Origin: Caldisericaceae bacterium
GTDB taxonomy: Bacteria; Caldisericota; Caldisericia; Caldisericales; Caldisericaceae
Direction: 5' to 3'
NCBI GenBank assembly: GCA_049967855.1
Contig: JBMFRX010000002.1
Span: 32,001-96,000, forward strand
Length of the DNA stretch: 64,000 nucleotides
Below the pieces are notes generated by a model. It saw only the letters and a program-made list of their open reading frames with translations, was not told where the DNA came from and did not search any database. The position numbers and the translations under genes were made by a program. Of this stretch, positions 29,038 through 39,094 are shown piece by piece; positions within the stretch are counted from its first letter, which is position 1, and each line of letters opens with the position of its first letter.

Positions 29038-32000
29038 ATGTCTTTTACTCATCTTCATCTTCACACAGAATACAGCCTTTTGGATGGACTTAATAAAATC
29101 AATTTGTTAGCAGAGCGTATTAAAGAACTTGGTATGGATTCCGTTGCAATAACTGACCATGGAAGTATGTATGGAGTAGTTGACTTTTACTCGACTATGA
29201 AGAAAGCAAATATTAAGCCGATCATCGGTGTGGAAACTTACGTTGCTCCGAATGGCATCGAGGTAAAAGATAGAGAAAGCGATAGGTTTCATCTTATTCT
29301 CTTAGCAAAGAACAATGAAGGTTACAGGAACTTATTAAAGATAGTTTCTAAGAGTTATATAGACGGCTTCTATTACAAGCCTCGAGTAGATTACAAGATA
29401 CTTGAACAGTACCATGAAAACTTAATTGCAATGAGTTCATGCATTCAAGGAGAAATTGCTCAAAAGATTTTAAAAGCAACAAAGAAGGAAGCCAAAGAAG
29501 CTTTATATAGATACCTTGATATCTTTGGAAAGGGCAATTTTTTTCTTGAAGTTCAAAATCATGGAATTGAAGATGAGTTTAAAGTTATTAAGGGAATGTT
29601 GGAGCTTTCAAAAGACGAGGGGATTCCACTTGTGGCTACTAATGACGCACACTACCTTACGAAAGAAGATGCAAAAGCGCATGATATACTCTTGTGCGTG
29701 CAAACACTCTCAAATGTAGACGACCCAGAGAGAATGCGTTTTGAAACCCAGGAGTTTTATGTGAAGTCAGAGCAGGAGATGCGAGAAGCTTTCAAAGAAA
29801 TGCCAGATGCAGTTGACAATACTCAGATTGTTAAGGATATGTGCAATGTGGAAATGGATTTCTCAACTTATCATTTGCCGCATTTTACTGAAGATGGCAA
29901 AGAATGGAACCAGGAAGAAAATAATAAGCTCCTTGAGCAATTAACCTTTGCGGGCCTGAAAGAGCTGTACAAAGATAATCTGGAGGAACTTGAGAAGAGA
30001 GCCCGCTTTGAGCTTGATGTTATTGAAAAAATGGGTTTCACTGATTATTTTTTGATAGTACAGGACTTTATAAACTGGGCAAAGAAAAATAATATTCCTG
30101 TTGGCCCTGGGCGAGGCTCTGCTGCTGGAAGTATAGTTTCTTACTCACTTCACATTACCGAAATCGACCCAATAAAATACCAATTGTTCTTTGAACGTTT
30201 TCTGAATCCTGAACGCATCTCAATGCCCGACATTGATATTGACTTCAGTGACAGAGGTCGCGATAAGGTTATCGAGTACGTGAGAAATAAATATGGGGAA
30301 GACCATGTGGCACAAGTTGCTACATTTGGCAGGATGGAAGCAAGAGCTGTAATAAGAGACGTCGGAAGAGCGCTTGGGTTTACTTATGGTGAAATGGACA
30401 GATTTGCAAAACTAATTCCTATGGGAATGTCACTAGGAGACGCCATTTCTACTATCGCTGATTTGAAAAGTAGCTCACAGGACCCTAAATACAAAGAGCT
30501 TTTTGAAATTTCTCTTAAATTAGAAGGAGTAGTAAGAAATTTCTCTACACATGCAGCTGGCATTGTAATAGGTGATGCACCACTGACTGAGTATGTGCCG
30601 CTTCAAAAAGACAAAGATAATTCTATAATTGCGCAATTTGATAAGGATGTAGTAGAGCACATAGGATTACTTAAAATGGATTTCTTAGGGCTTAAGAACC
30701 TTACTATAATGCAGGATACGGTGGAATCTCTTAGGAAGACTGGGATTGATATTGACCTTAGAACAATTCCTGAAAACGATGAGGCAACATTTGCAATGTT
30801 AAAGCAGGGAGACTCTGTTGGCGTGTTTCAGCTGGAAAGCAGTGGAATGCGCAAAGTGCTTAAAGGTGTGCAACCTGAGAGCATTGACGACCTCACTGCT
30901 GTGGTTTCATTATACAGGCCAGGCACGATAAAGGCAGGCGGTATTGATGATTACATCAATCGAAAAAAGGGTGTTACTAAGGTCAAATACCCTCATCCAA
31001 GCCTTGAGCCTATCCTAAAAGGTACTTATGGTATTATAGTTTATCAGGAGCAAGTAATGCAGATTGCTAATACGCTCGCAGGGTATACGCTTGCTGAGGC
31101 AGACACTCTCAGAAAAGCTATAGGCAAAAAGATACCTGAAATAATGCAGGCACAGAGAGGTACTTTTGTTGAAAAGGCAATGCAGAAGGGAATAAGCAAG
31201 AACATTGCAGAGGATGTTTTTAATCTTATTGAATATTTTGCAGGATATGGGTTTAATAAAGCTCATGCGGTTTGCTATGCTACTATTGCCTATAGAACTG
31301 CCTATCTCAAGGCTCATTATCCAAGAGAATACTTTACTGCGATTCTTAACTCTTATATTGATAACCAGGACAAACTAACTCAAATTCTATATGAAATAAA
31401 ATCTAAAGGCATTAATATTTTGCCTCCTGATATCAATAAGTCAGACGTCTACTTCAAAGTTGAGAATGAATCAATAAGATTTGGGCTTCTTGTGATAAAG
31501 AATGTTGGTGAAAAGGCCCTTTCTGAAATAATTGATGAAAGAGAGAGGCAAGGGGAATTTACTTCTTATAATGATTTTGAAAATAGGGTTAAGTCACTCA
31601 AAGTGAACAAGAAAGTTTCAGAAAGCCTTGTAAAGGCAGGTTGTTTTGATTCTCTTAATGAGGATAGAAAGACAATCCTTCAGGGAGGGAATCATAGTGG
31701 GGAGAGTATTTCTCTTTTTGGGGGAGAGCCTTCTTCTCCGACAAAGCGTTATCAGACAACTGCTTCTGACATTATGAGTTATGAAAAGGAAATCTTTGGT
31801 TTCTACATTACGAATAATCCGCTCAACTCGTATATTCCCTTGCTAAACGAAAAGAATATTCCGCTTGTATCAGCTATTTTCGACGAAGAGCTAGATGGAA
31901 ACGTAGCAATAGCAGGTGTTATTAGCAATGCAAGGAAAACTAAGACCAAAAACGGCAATTTTATTTTCAGGTTTGACTTTGAGGATGGGATATCAAAAGT

Positions 32001-32421
32001 TGACACTCTTGTTCTCCCGAAATTTCTCGAGAATTTCGAGAAATATATTAGCGCAGAAGGGATAGCAGTGATTGAAGGCTCTATAAGAAGAGAAGAGGAT
32101 GCGGTGACACTGTTCGCCGAGAAAATTTCGTCATTTCTTACTGAGAAAGACTTGAAAAAGAAAAATGAATACAATGCAGTTCATCTTTACATAAGAGACA
32201 TTGAGCAGAGTGAATCGATAGAGAAATTGAGAAAACTGAGAGAAGAAATTACAAATTGTAGAGGAGGTAATCCGCTTATTCTACATATGATGGTGGAGGA
32301 TGTTGATGTAAAGATTACCGTTTCTCCAAAGTACTTCATTAACAACGCTAAATCTTTTGAAGAAAAGTGCATTGCTCTTTTTGGAAAGGATTGCTTAAAA
32401 ATAAAATCCTGGACCGACTGA
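29038..32421 (+). CDS. dnaE: DNA polymerase III alpha subunit
   Basis: PHP HLHLHTEYSLLDG, GRGSAAGS, MPDIDIDF, YGFNKAHA, OB fold. Confidence 0.98.
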   Translation: MSFTHLHLHTEYSLLDGLNKINLLAERIKELGMDSVAITDHGSMYGVVDFYSTMKKANIKPIIGVETYVAPNGIEVKDRESDRFHLILLAKNNEGYRNLLKIVSKSYIDGFYYKPRVDYKILEQYHENLIAMSSCIQGEIAQKILKATKKEAKEALYRYLDIFGKGNFFLEVQNHGIEDEFKVIKGMLELSKDEGIPLVATNDAHYLTKEDAKAHDILLCVQTLSNVDDPERMRFETQEFYVKSEQEMREAFKEMPDAVDNTQIVKDMCNVEMDFSTYHLPHFTEDGKEWNQEENNKLLEQLTFAGLKELYKDNLEELEKRARFELDVIEKMGFTDYFLIVQDFINWAKKNNIPVGPGRGSAAGSIVSYSLHITEIDPIKYQLFFERFLNPERISMPDIDIDFSDRGRDKVIEYVRNKYGEDHVAQVATFGRMEARAVIRDVGRALGFTYGEMDRFAKLIPMGMSLGDAISTIADLKSSSQDPKYKELFEISLKLEGVVRNFSTHAAGIVIGDAPLTEYVPLQKDKDNSIIAQFDKDVVEHIGLLKMDFLGLKNLTIMQDTVESLRKTGIDIDLRTIPENDEATFAMLKQGDSVGVFQLESSGMRKVLKGVQPESIDDLTAVVSLYRPGTIKAGGIDDYINRKKGVTKVKYPHPSLEPILKGTYGIIVYQEQVMQIANTLAGYTLAEADTLRKAIGKKIPEIMQAQRGTFVEKAMQKGISKNIAEDVFNLIEYFAGYGFNKAHAVCYATIAYRTAYLKAHYPREYFTAILNSYIDNQDKLTQILYEIKSKGINILPPDINKSDVYFKVENESIRFGLLVIKNVGEKALSEIIDERERQGEFTSYNDFENRVKSLKVNKKVSESLVKAGCFDSLNEDRKTILQGGNHSGESISLFGGEPSSPTKRYQTTASDIMSYEKEIFGFYITNNPLNSYIPLLNEKNIPLVSAIFDEELDGNVAIAGVISNARKTKTKNGNFIFRFDFEDGISKVDTLVLPKFLENFEKYISAEGIAVIEGSIRREEDAVTLFAEKISSFLTEKDLKKKNEYNAVHLYIRDIEQSESIEKLRKLREEITNCRGGNPLILHMMVEDVDVKITVSPKYFINNAKSFEEKCIALFGKDCLKIKSWTD

Positions 32422-32436
32422 TTATAGGAGGGTAAA

Positions 32437-33768
32437 ATGGATAAGGAAAAAGTATTGAAGGAAATTGTTGACAACTCTATAGACATCGTTTGGCTACAAT
32501 TTGTCGATATCCTGGGGTTCCCAAAACTTGTTGAGGTAAGCTCGAAGGCTTTATCGAAAATCCTTGAGGAAGGGATTGCATTCGATGGCTCCTCAATTGA
32601 AGGATTTGCGAGGATTGAAGAATCTGATATGATGCTCAGGCCTGATATTAAGACTTTCACTGTCCTTCCCTGGACTTTGAACTCTGATATTAAAATTGCA
32701 AGAATCATTTGCGATGTATATAATGGTGATGGAAAACCTTTTGAGGGAGCTCCTCGCAATGTTTTGAAAAAAGTTGTTGAAACAGCCAAGAAACTTGGGT
32801 TCAATATGCAAAATGGTGTAGAAGAGGAATTTTTCCTTTTCAAACTTGGGCAGAACGGAGAACCTACAACTCAACTCGTCAACAATGGCAGTTATTTTGA
32901 AATGCTTCCTGAGGATATAAGCGAAAAAACACGATCGTTAATTGCAAAGAATCTTGAAAGAATGGGATTCGAGATAGAAGCATCGCACCATGAAGTTTCA
33001 CCATCTCAGCAGGAAATTGACTTTAGATATTCTGATCCAATAACAACTGCTGACAGAATAATTACTTTCAAAATTGTTGCAAAAACGATAGCACTTTCGA
33101 ATGGTTTATATGCTAGTTTTTTGCCAAAGCCAATATTCGGAATAAACGGTTCTGGAGCGCACACTAATATTTCTATTGTTGATAACAATGGCAAAAACAT
33201 TTTCTATGATGCTGAAGAAGAATTTGGGCTTTCAAAGATTGCTAAACACTTTATTGCAGGTATTTTTGCTCATATTGATGCCATTACAGCAATCACAAAC
33301 CCTATTGTTAACTCGTACAAGCGAATTATTCCTGGATACGAAGCACCTGTATATGTTTCCTGGGCTCAAGTTAACAGAAGTGCTCTAATCAGGATACCGA
33401 AAGCTGATGATAACTCAAAGAGGATTGAGTTTAGAAGCCCAGATGCAACTGCAAACCCATATTTATCATTTGCAGTAATTTTGAAGGCCGGGCTCGACGG
33501 AATTGCTAACAAGATGGAAGCTCCAATCCCTGCAAACGGTATTAACATTTTTGAGCTTAGTGAAAAGGAAAAAGCTAAATTTGGGATACGTACTCTTCCA
33601 GGAACATTGAAAGACGCAGTTAATGCTCTAAAGAAAGACAAAGTTATACTCGAAGCACTAGGCGACGATGTTGCAAAAACCTACATCGAGGCAAAAGAAA
33701 AAGAATGGGAAGATTACAGAACATCTGTTACTGACTGGGAGATTAAGAATCTGTTGCCTTACTACTAA
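32437..33768 (+). CDS. glnA: Glutamine synthetase type I
   Basis: FDGSSIEGF, HHEVS, PKPIFGINGSGAH, NSYKRIIPGYEAP, NRSALIRIP, RIEFRSPD. Confidence 0.97.
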   Translation: MDKEKVLKEIVDNSIDIVWLQFVDILGFPKLVEVSSKALSKILEEGIAFDGSSIEGFARIEESDMMLRPDIKTFTVLPWTLNSDIKIARIICDVYNGDGKPFEGAPRNVLKKVVETAKKLGFNMQNGVEEEFFLFKLGQNGEPTTQLVNNGSYFEMLPEDISEKTRSLIAKNLERMGFEIEASHHEVSPSQQEIDFRYSDPITTADRIITFKIVAKTIALSNGLYASFLPKPIFGINGSGAHTNISIVDNNGKNIFYDAEEEFGLSKIAKHFIAGIFAHIDAITAITNPIVNSYKRIIPGYEAPVYVSWAQVNRSALIRIPKADDNSKRIEFRSPDATANPYLSFAVILKAGLDGIANKMEAPIPANGINIFELSEKEKAKFGIRTLPGTLKDAVNALKKDKVILEALGDDVAKTYIEAKEKEWEDYRTSVTDWEIKNLLPYY

Positions 33769-33800
33769 TTTTTTGATTTTTTGGAATTTGTTATATAATC

Positions 33801-34565
33801 GTGTTGGTGATATGGATGAATAGTGTTTTTATGGAATCAGCGCTGGATAGAGAAGAGTACTTATTTTTCTCAATTTTGGTGCCAGCGCATAATGAAGAGA
33901 AATATATTTCTAAAACTCTTGGTTATTTGAAGGGCCTCGATTACCCAAAAGATAAATATGAAGTAATTATTGTTGAGAATGGCTCTACAGACAATACTCT
34001 TTCTATCCTCGAGCAGCACAAAAACATAGAAAACGTTTTCATTTTTTCTTCGAAGGAAAGAGGTGTTTCAAGAGCAAAGAATCTTGGTATTAGCAAAATC
34101 TCTGTTAAATCTGATTGGACGATTTTTCTCGATGCTGATACGATATTGAAGAAGGGCTTCTTGAAAAACCTCAACAGTTATTTAAGAGAAAAAAGCAATA
34201 TGAATATCGTTATTGGTACAACTTCCGTACTACCTGATTCCAATTCGAAATATGCACATTTATGGTTCAGTTTTTACAATTTTGCACACTGGCTTATCAA
34301 GGTCTCATTTTCAATTCAAATTGCAAGAACAAGTGTTGCTTCCAAGATAAGGTTTGATGAACATCTCTCATATGGAGAAGACTATAAATTTGTAAGAGAT
34401 TCCCAGAAGTTTGGCAAGTTCTTCTTTTTCAGGACCGATGAAGTGCTGACATCTACACGAAGGTTTGAGGAAGAGGGCTGGTTTAAACTATTTTTTAAGT
34501 GGATTGTGAGAGGTATGTTGCCCGAAAAGATAAGAAGAAGAGTAAGTTATGAGGTAATAAGATGA
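33801..34565 (+). CDS. Glycosyltransferase family 2
   Basis: ILVPAHNEE, NGSTDNT, FLDAD (DxD), GED, TSTRRF; start uncertain. Confidence 0.9.
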   Translation: MLVIWMNSVFMESALDREEYLFFSILVPAHNEEKYISKTLGYLKGLDYPKDKYEVIIVENGSTDNTLSILEQHKNIENVFIFSSKERGVSRAKNLGISKISVKSDWTIFLDADTILKKGFLKNLNSYLREKSNMNIVIGTTSVLPDSNSKYAHLWFSFYNFAHWLIKVSFSIQIARTSVASKIRFDEHLSYGEDYKFVRDSQKFGKFFFFRTDEVLTSTRRFEEEGWFKLFFKWIVRGMLPEKIRRRVSYEVIR

Positions 34566-35353
34566 ATGAAAGATTGAGAATTCTGATAACTAACGATGAT
34601 GGTATATATGCGGATGGGATAAACGTGCTTGCTTCCACGTTATCTTCAATATATGATGTAACGGTAGTCGCCCCAGATAGGCAAAAAAGCGCTTCAGGCC
34701 ATTCTCTGACTATTGATGACATTCTTGTTATCAAAGATGTAACAATGCCCTCTGGCCTAAGAGGAATAGCTGTTGTTGATGGTACTCCAACAGACTGTGT
34801 GCTGATTGCAGTCAAAGATATAATGAAAGATAACCCTCCAGACATTCTTATCTCTGGAATAAACCATGGTGCAAACCTCGGTGGAGATGTCATTTACTCT
34901 GGTACTGTGTCTGCTGCGCTTGAGGGTTTGACTCAAGGTATAAAATCTTTTGCAGTTTCTCTTGATATGTTTGAGAAGGGTCATTTTGAGACGGCAGCTC
35001 GTGTAGTTATGAGAATAATTGAAGAGCCAGAATTTTACAGAGACATAGTTCAAGAGAAATCAATACTAAACATCAATGTCCCAAACATTCCTTATGAGAG
35101 AGTTATGGGAATTTCGATTACACGTCAAGGCAACCTTTCATATCAGAATTACGTAGAAAAATACTCAAGTCCCACAAAGAGGACTTTTTATTGGATTGGC
35201 GGCGACAGGCCTCCTCATGAAATTGATGAAGAAACTGATTCTTACGCTCTGTCTCAAAAAATGGTTTCTGTAACACCCATAAATATAGAGCTTACGAACT
35301 TTAACCTTATTCCAAGACTAAAGAAGGCTGTAGTTAAATTGAGAATACCCTGA
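34562..35353 (+). CDS. surE: 5'/3'-nucleotidase SurE
   Basis: ILITNDDG, VVAPDRQKSASG, GTPTDCV, SGINHGANLG, YSGTVSAA. Confidence 0.97.
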   Translation: MNERLRILITNDDGIYADGINVLASTLSSIYDVTVVAPDRQKSASGHSLTIDDILVIKDVTMPSGLRGIAVVDGTPTDCVLIAVKDIMKDNPPDILISGINHGANLGGDVIYSGTVSAALEGLTQGIKSFAVSLDMFEKGHFETAARVVMRIIEEPEFYRDIVQEKSILNINVPNIPYERVMGISITRQGNLSYQNYVEKYSSPTKRTFYWIGGDRPPHEIDEETDSYALSQKMVSVTPINIELTNFNLIPRLKKAVVKLRIP

Positions 35354-35356
35354 GTC

Positions 35357-36664
35357 TTAGAAGAATCTGTAGACTCTCCAGGTAAAACCCTTTTTGCCCA
35401 TCTGGAGGAGCGGGTTTACCATTTGTTTGTTTGTATCTGCAATTTGTGAAGCACTTGAATAAGTCATACCCAAGGCCAATCCATTATCGAATGTTTTCTC
35501 GTAGAGAAGGGCATCGAGTCCAAGTCTTTTTTTCAGAGTGCCAAGTATAAAAATCCTGGCTGAGTCAAAAGATTTTTTCTTTAGAGAATCGTTGATTGCA
35601 AGAAATATTTTGATATCGCGTTTCAGGTCACTGACGGAAATAGCGCTGTCAGATGGCATGAATTCACTGAATAAGGTACTGTCAATTCTCTTAATAACTG
35701 TATTGATATTTGGTATTGTTACTGAAACTCCGATTATATCTTTATTATGGGCAGGACAGTCTTTGCATTCTTCTTCTGCAATGAATATAATATCTTCAAG
35801 CGCAATCGTTTTTAACGATGCTGCAATGTAATCAAACTCTTCGTTTGTGAACTTTTCAAACTGAGGATGTTCTACTGTATCCCATGCTATATTGTAAACG
35901 TACTTTATTCTTTCAATCTCCTTCTTGAAATCTTTAAGTGAAGCAGTTCTTACAGTAATTCCATTTTTTTTCAAACGTTCTTCCAGAGAATCTCCGTTTA
36001 CTGTGAATTCCTTTATTTTGTTTACGTATCCTATAACGCTTTTGTAATCAATTAAAAACGAATACCAATCATTTTCGCGCTCGCCAAACGAATCAAATAT
36101 ATCTTTATAATAAGGTGGATTGTAAGGCTCCATAGGCATTGGCGTTAAATCAAAACCATCTATTAATAATCCTGCTTCTCCTGAGGCGTTGAATCTCATA
36201 GGTCCGATAATTTTCAGCGCATTGTTTTCGCTCAGGTCCTTGATTGCGGCTTTTATAAGGGATTCTCCAACTTCTTTTGTCTCTGCCTCAAAAAGACTTA
36301 TGATTCCAACCTTGCCTTCGAATTTCTTCTCTTTGTAGTTTTTGTCTATTACTGAGGCTATTCTCCCTAAGGGCTTGCCGTCGTTTGCGTAAGCAATATA
36401 GTATTGTAGGAATTCAAGATGCTTGAAAAAAGGGTTGGACCCTGGGAGATACTTTTTTATATGACCGTAATCTGGATTGAGATCCATCATCTCTTGAAGA
36501 ACAATAGGAAAGACTTTCCTTGATTCAGGTTGCCTGTACCAGGAGATATGCCAGGGCACAGAAACAAACTTCTTTAGTTTGCTGTAAGAAATACTGAAAA
36601 GGGAGTTCCCATTATAAATAACTCCATGAGGATTCTCAATTAACTTATCAATTCTGTAATCCAT
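35357..36664 (-). CDS. Tandem-GNAT protein resembling the bacterial ceramide synthase (bCerS/YghO-like) family
   Basis: NPFFKH, GRIAS, GIISLFE, IIGPMRF..SGEAGLLIDGF, PMEPYNPPYY, YNIAW, GLDALLY, DTNKQM, WRVY. ATG 36664 follows GGAGGT. Confidence 0.7.
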   Translation of the reverse strand: MDYRIDKLIENPHGVIYNGNSLFSISYSKLKKFVSVPWHISWYRQPESRKVFPIVLQEMMDLNPDYGHIKKYLPGSNPFFKHLEFLQYYIAYANDGKPLGRIASVIDKNYKEKKFEGKVGIISLFEAETKEVGESLIKAAIKDLSENNALKIIGPMRFNASGEAGLLIDGFDLTPMPMEPYNPPYYKDIFDSFGERENDWYSFLIDYKSVIGYVNKIKEFTVNGDSLEERLKKNGITVRTASLKDFKKEIERIKYVYNIAWDTVEHPQFEKFTNEEFDYIAASLKTIALEDIIFIAEEECKDCPAHNKDIIGVSVTIPNINTVIKRIDSTLFSEFMPSDSAISVSDLKRDIKIFLAINDSLKKKSFDSARIFILGTLKKRLGLDALLYEKTFDNGLALGMTYSSASQIADTNKQMVNPLLQMGKKGFTWRVYRFF

Positions 36665-36842
36665 GATTACCTCCATAACCAAAACTCGCTTTAGTCTATC
36701 ATAATTTCAAATTTTCTCAAAAGGCTTTGTAAGATTTTGGCAGCATTATTAGATACTGAGAATGGCTCCAGGTTTTTGATTTTGCTAATGTAGATAATTC
36801 GATAAAATATAATATGAGTATTTGTGAATATAGGAGGGCATA

Positions 36843-37271
36843 ATGGGCGAAGTGAGAGACGAAGCAACTGGTTTGTTTAGCAGGGCCTTCTTTGATGCAG
36901 AACTGGAAAGATTGAGTAGAGCAAGAGGTGTTAATGTCGGCATAGTTGTTTGCGACGTTGAGCCGTCAGATAAAACTACTGAGAGCTTTAATGTAGAAGC
37001 TGAGTTCACGGGAATTCTTAAGAGTTCTTTCAGAGAGTCAGATGTTGTTGCAAAATTAAGCACTAACGAGTTTGGAGTTATTATTGAAGATGTGACCGAA
37101 GACACTGTCGTAAAAGCTACCGAAAGATTGCTTAAAAAGGTTGAATCCTATAACAGCAAAAATGTAGAACGAAAGATCAGTGTTTATGCAAATTGGTCTA
37201 TGAGCGGGAATTTCTTTGGAGACGCAAGAAAAACCTTTGAAAAGTTGCACTCAAGCAGGAATAAGCATTGA
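36843..37271 (+). CDS. Stand-alone degenerate GGDEF-domain protein
   Basis: DEATGLFSR start motif, VVCDV, RESD-VVAKL-STNEF in place of RxxD-xxxRx-GGDEF. Confidence 0.8.
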   Translation: MGEVRDEATGLFSRAFFDAELERLSRARGVNVGIVVCDVEPSDKTTESFNVEAEFTGILKSSFRESDVVAKLSTNEFGVIIEDVTEDTVVKATERLLKKVESYNSKNVERKISVYANWSMSGNFFGDARKTFEKLHSSRNKH

Positions 37272-37296
37272 CAAAGGTTGAATCCCATTTTAATAT
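37268..37296 (+). promoter_or_regulatory. Putative sigma70 promoter for the DUF763-yigZ genes
   Basis: TTGACA-17 nt-TAATAT. Confidence 0.5.
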
Positions 37297-37362
37297 TAGC
37301 AAGAATCATATTTTTGAAATATTCGGGTTTCATAATGTGCAATGTGTGATGCAACATAATCT

Positions 37363-38427
37363 ATGAAAACGGGTTTTGTTGATTTACCTCTTCATAGAGG
37401 ATCGGCTCCGCCCTGGCTTTTTAGCAGAATGAAGCTTCTTGCAAGGGAAATTATTCTATCTATCCTTATTAATTTTGACAGGGAAGAGTTATATTTGAGG
37501 CTTTCTGATCCAGTATGGTTTCAATCGTTCGGCTGTGTACTCGGCTTTGATTGGCACAGTTCTGGGTTAACCACGGTAACTACAGGGGCAATCAAAGAAG
37601 GTCTAAGAGAAGAATCTAGCCATATAGGCATTTTTTTTGCGGGAGGAAAAGGCAAAAGTTCCTTGAATACCCCGATGGATATAGAGAATTCTTTCGAGAA
37701 GGGATTCATCGGATATGATTATAAAGAAGAACTCAAAAAAACTTCGCGACTTGTTGCAAAAGTAGATTCAAATGCAGTCCAATCAGGTTATAAGCTTTAT
37801 CATCACTTTATGATATACGACAAAGATAAAAACTGGGTAATTATTCAACAAGGAATGAAGGGTAACTCTGTTTATGCAAGAAGGTACCACTGGAGTTCTT
37901 ACGGACTTGAGAGCTTTGTAAAAGACCCACACAAAGGTGTCATAGCTTCTCGCAAAGAGTCACCTTTAAATTTAGTAGACTCTTCAATAGATTTTACAAG
38001 AAGTCAGATAGTGAATCTTGCGAATGAAGATGCAAAGCTAGTTGCAAGAGAATTGAAAACAATCAAACTGCCGCAACATCATCCTCTCTTTCCATCAGAT
38101 TTTAATGTGAATTACATTGAGAAGGTAATGAAGAAAGCTAATGAAGAAAACCCAAAGGACTTTGAGAAACTTCTCCTTGTAAGAGGCCTTGGGGAAAAGA
38201 CTCTTCGTGCGCTCGCCCTGCTTGCAAATCTTACCTACGGAGGAGAGCTCTCGTTTAAAGATCCTGCAAATTTCTCTTTTGCCCATGGCGGTAAGGATGG
38301 CTATCCCTTCCCTGTTGAAAGAGACACTTACGATAAGTCGATCGAGGTATTCAGGGTTGCTATCAACCATGCAAGGATTGGTGATTTAGAGAAATTCAAT
38401 GCACTTAGGCGCCTTAAAGAATTATGA
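37363..38427 (+). CDS. DUF763 domain protein
   Basis: DLPLHRGSAPPWLF, WFQSFGCVLGFDWHSSGLTT, ARRYHW, FAHGGKDG. Confidence 0.92.
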   Translation: MKTGFVDLPLHRGSAPPWLFSRMKLLAREIILSILINFDREELYLRLSDPVWFQSFGCVLGFDWHSSGLTTVTTGAIKEGLREESSHIGIFFAGGKGKSSLNTPMDIENSFEKGFIGYDYKEELKKTSRLVAKVDSNAVQSGYKLYHHFMIYDKDKNWVIIQQGMKGNSVYARRYHWSSYGLESFVKDPHKGVIASRKESPLNLVDSSIDFTRSQIVNLANEDAKLVARELKTIKLPQHHPLFPSDFNVNYIEKVMKKANEENPKDFEKLLLVRGLGEKTLRALALLANLTYGGELSFKDPANFSFAHGGKDGYPFPVERDTYDKSIEVFRVAINHARIGDLEKFNALRRLKEL

Positions 38428-39014
38428 AATTCAGGACTGTAAATGCGCCGATTACTGTTAGAAAGAATATTAAAAAATCTATCTTTATTGGTTCTTTGAG
38501 TCCAGCTGAAGATGTTTTCAGTGCGAAGAATTTTATTGAGGAAATAAAGTCTGCCTATAGAAATGCAAACCACAATGCATACTGTTTCAGGGTGGGAGTA
38601 AAGAGCGAGCAAGTTTTTTATTCAGATGACGGTGAGCCATCAAGGACTGCAGGCCTTCCAATTTTTAATGCTATACGCTCTGCAGATTTGACGAACGTGG
38701 TTATGGTAGTATCTCGCTTTTTTGGTGGAATAAAGCTCGGAGTTCCAGGACTTATTGAAGCCTACGGCGAAACCTCAAGATTTGCGATAGAAAATGCTGA
38801 AATAGTTGAAGAGACAGTCAAGGTAACTTTCCAACTTTCCTTTGCGTACAACGAACTTCAGTTTGTAAATTATGCAATTGGCAAGTTCTCAGGGGAGGTA
38901 ATTCAAAAGCAATTTGGCGAAAATATTGAGTTTACAGTGCGAACCTGTGAGGAGATTTCAAATGATTTCAAGGAATTTCTATTGCAATACGGGCATTATG
39001 TTACCATAAAATAG
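38424..39014 (+). CDS. yigZ: YigZ/IMPACT family protein
   Basis: IKKSIFIG, ANHNAY, SDDGEPSRTAG, RFFGGIKLG. Confidence 0.93.
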   Translation: MKFRTVNAPITVRKNIKKSIFIGSLSPAEDVFSAKNFIEEIKSAYRNANHNAYCFRVGVKSEQVFYSDDGEPSRTAGLPIFNAIRSADLTNVVMVVSRFFGGIKLGVPGLIEAYGETSRFAIENAEIVEETVKVTFQLSFAYNELQFVNYAIGKFSGEVIQKQFGENIEFTVRTCEEISNDFKEFLLQYGHYVTIK

Positions 39015-39094
39015 AAAACTTTGCGTAAGTTTTGCATTAGTATTATAATAAAGTTGTTCAAGTTTATTGTATATGTGTTTTTTGGAGGTATTCG

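Noticed and set aside
7250..32421. Inteins in recA or dnaE
   Set aside because: Both proteins have normal length with contiguous motifs and no C/S...HN splice signatures.
32187..32843. 218 aa minus-strand ORF
   Set aside because: It is antisense to dnaE and glnA and has no recognisable motifs; the other short antisense ORFs in the track were rejected the same way.
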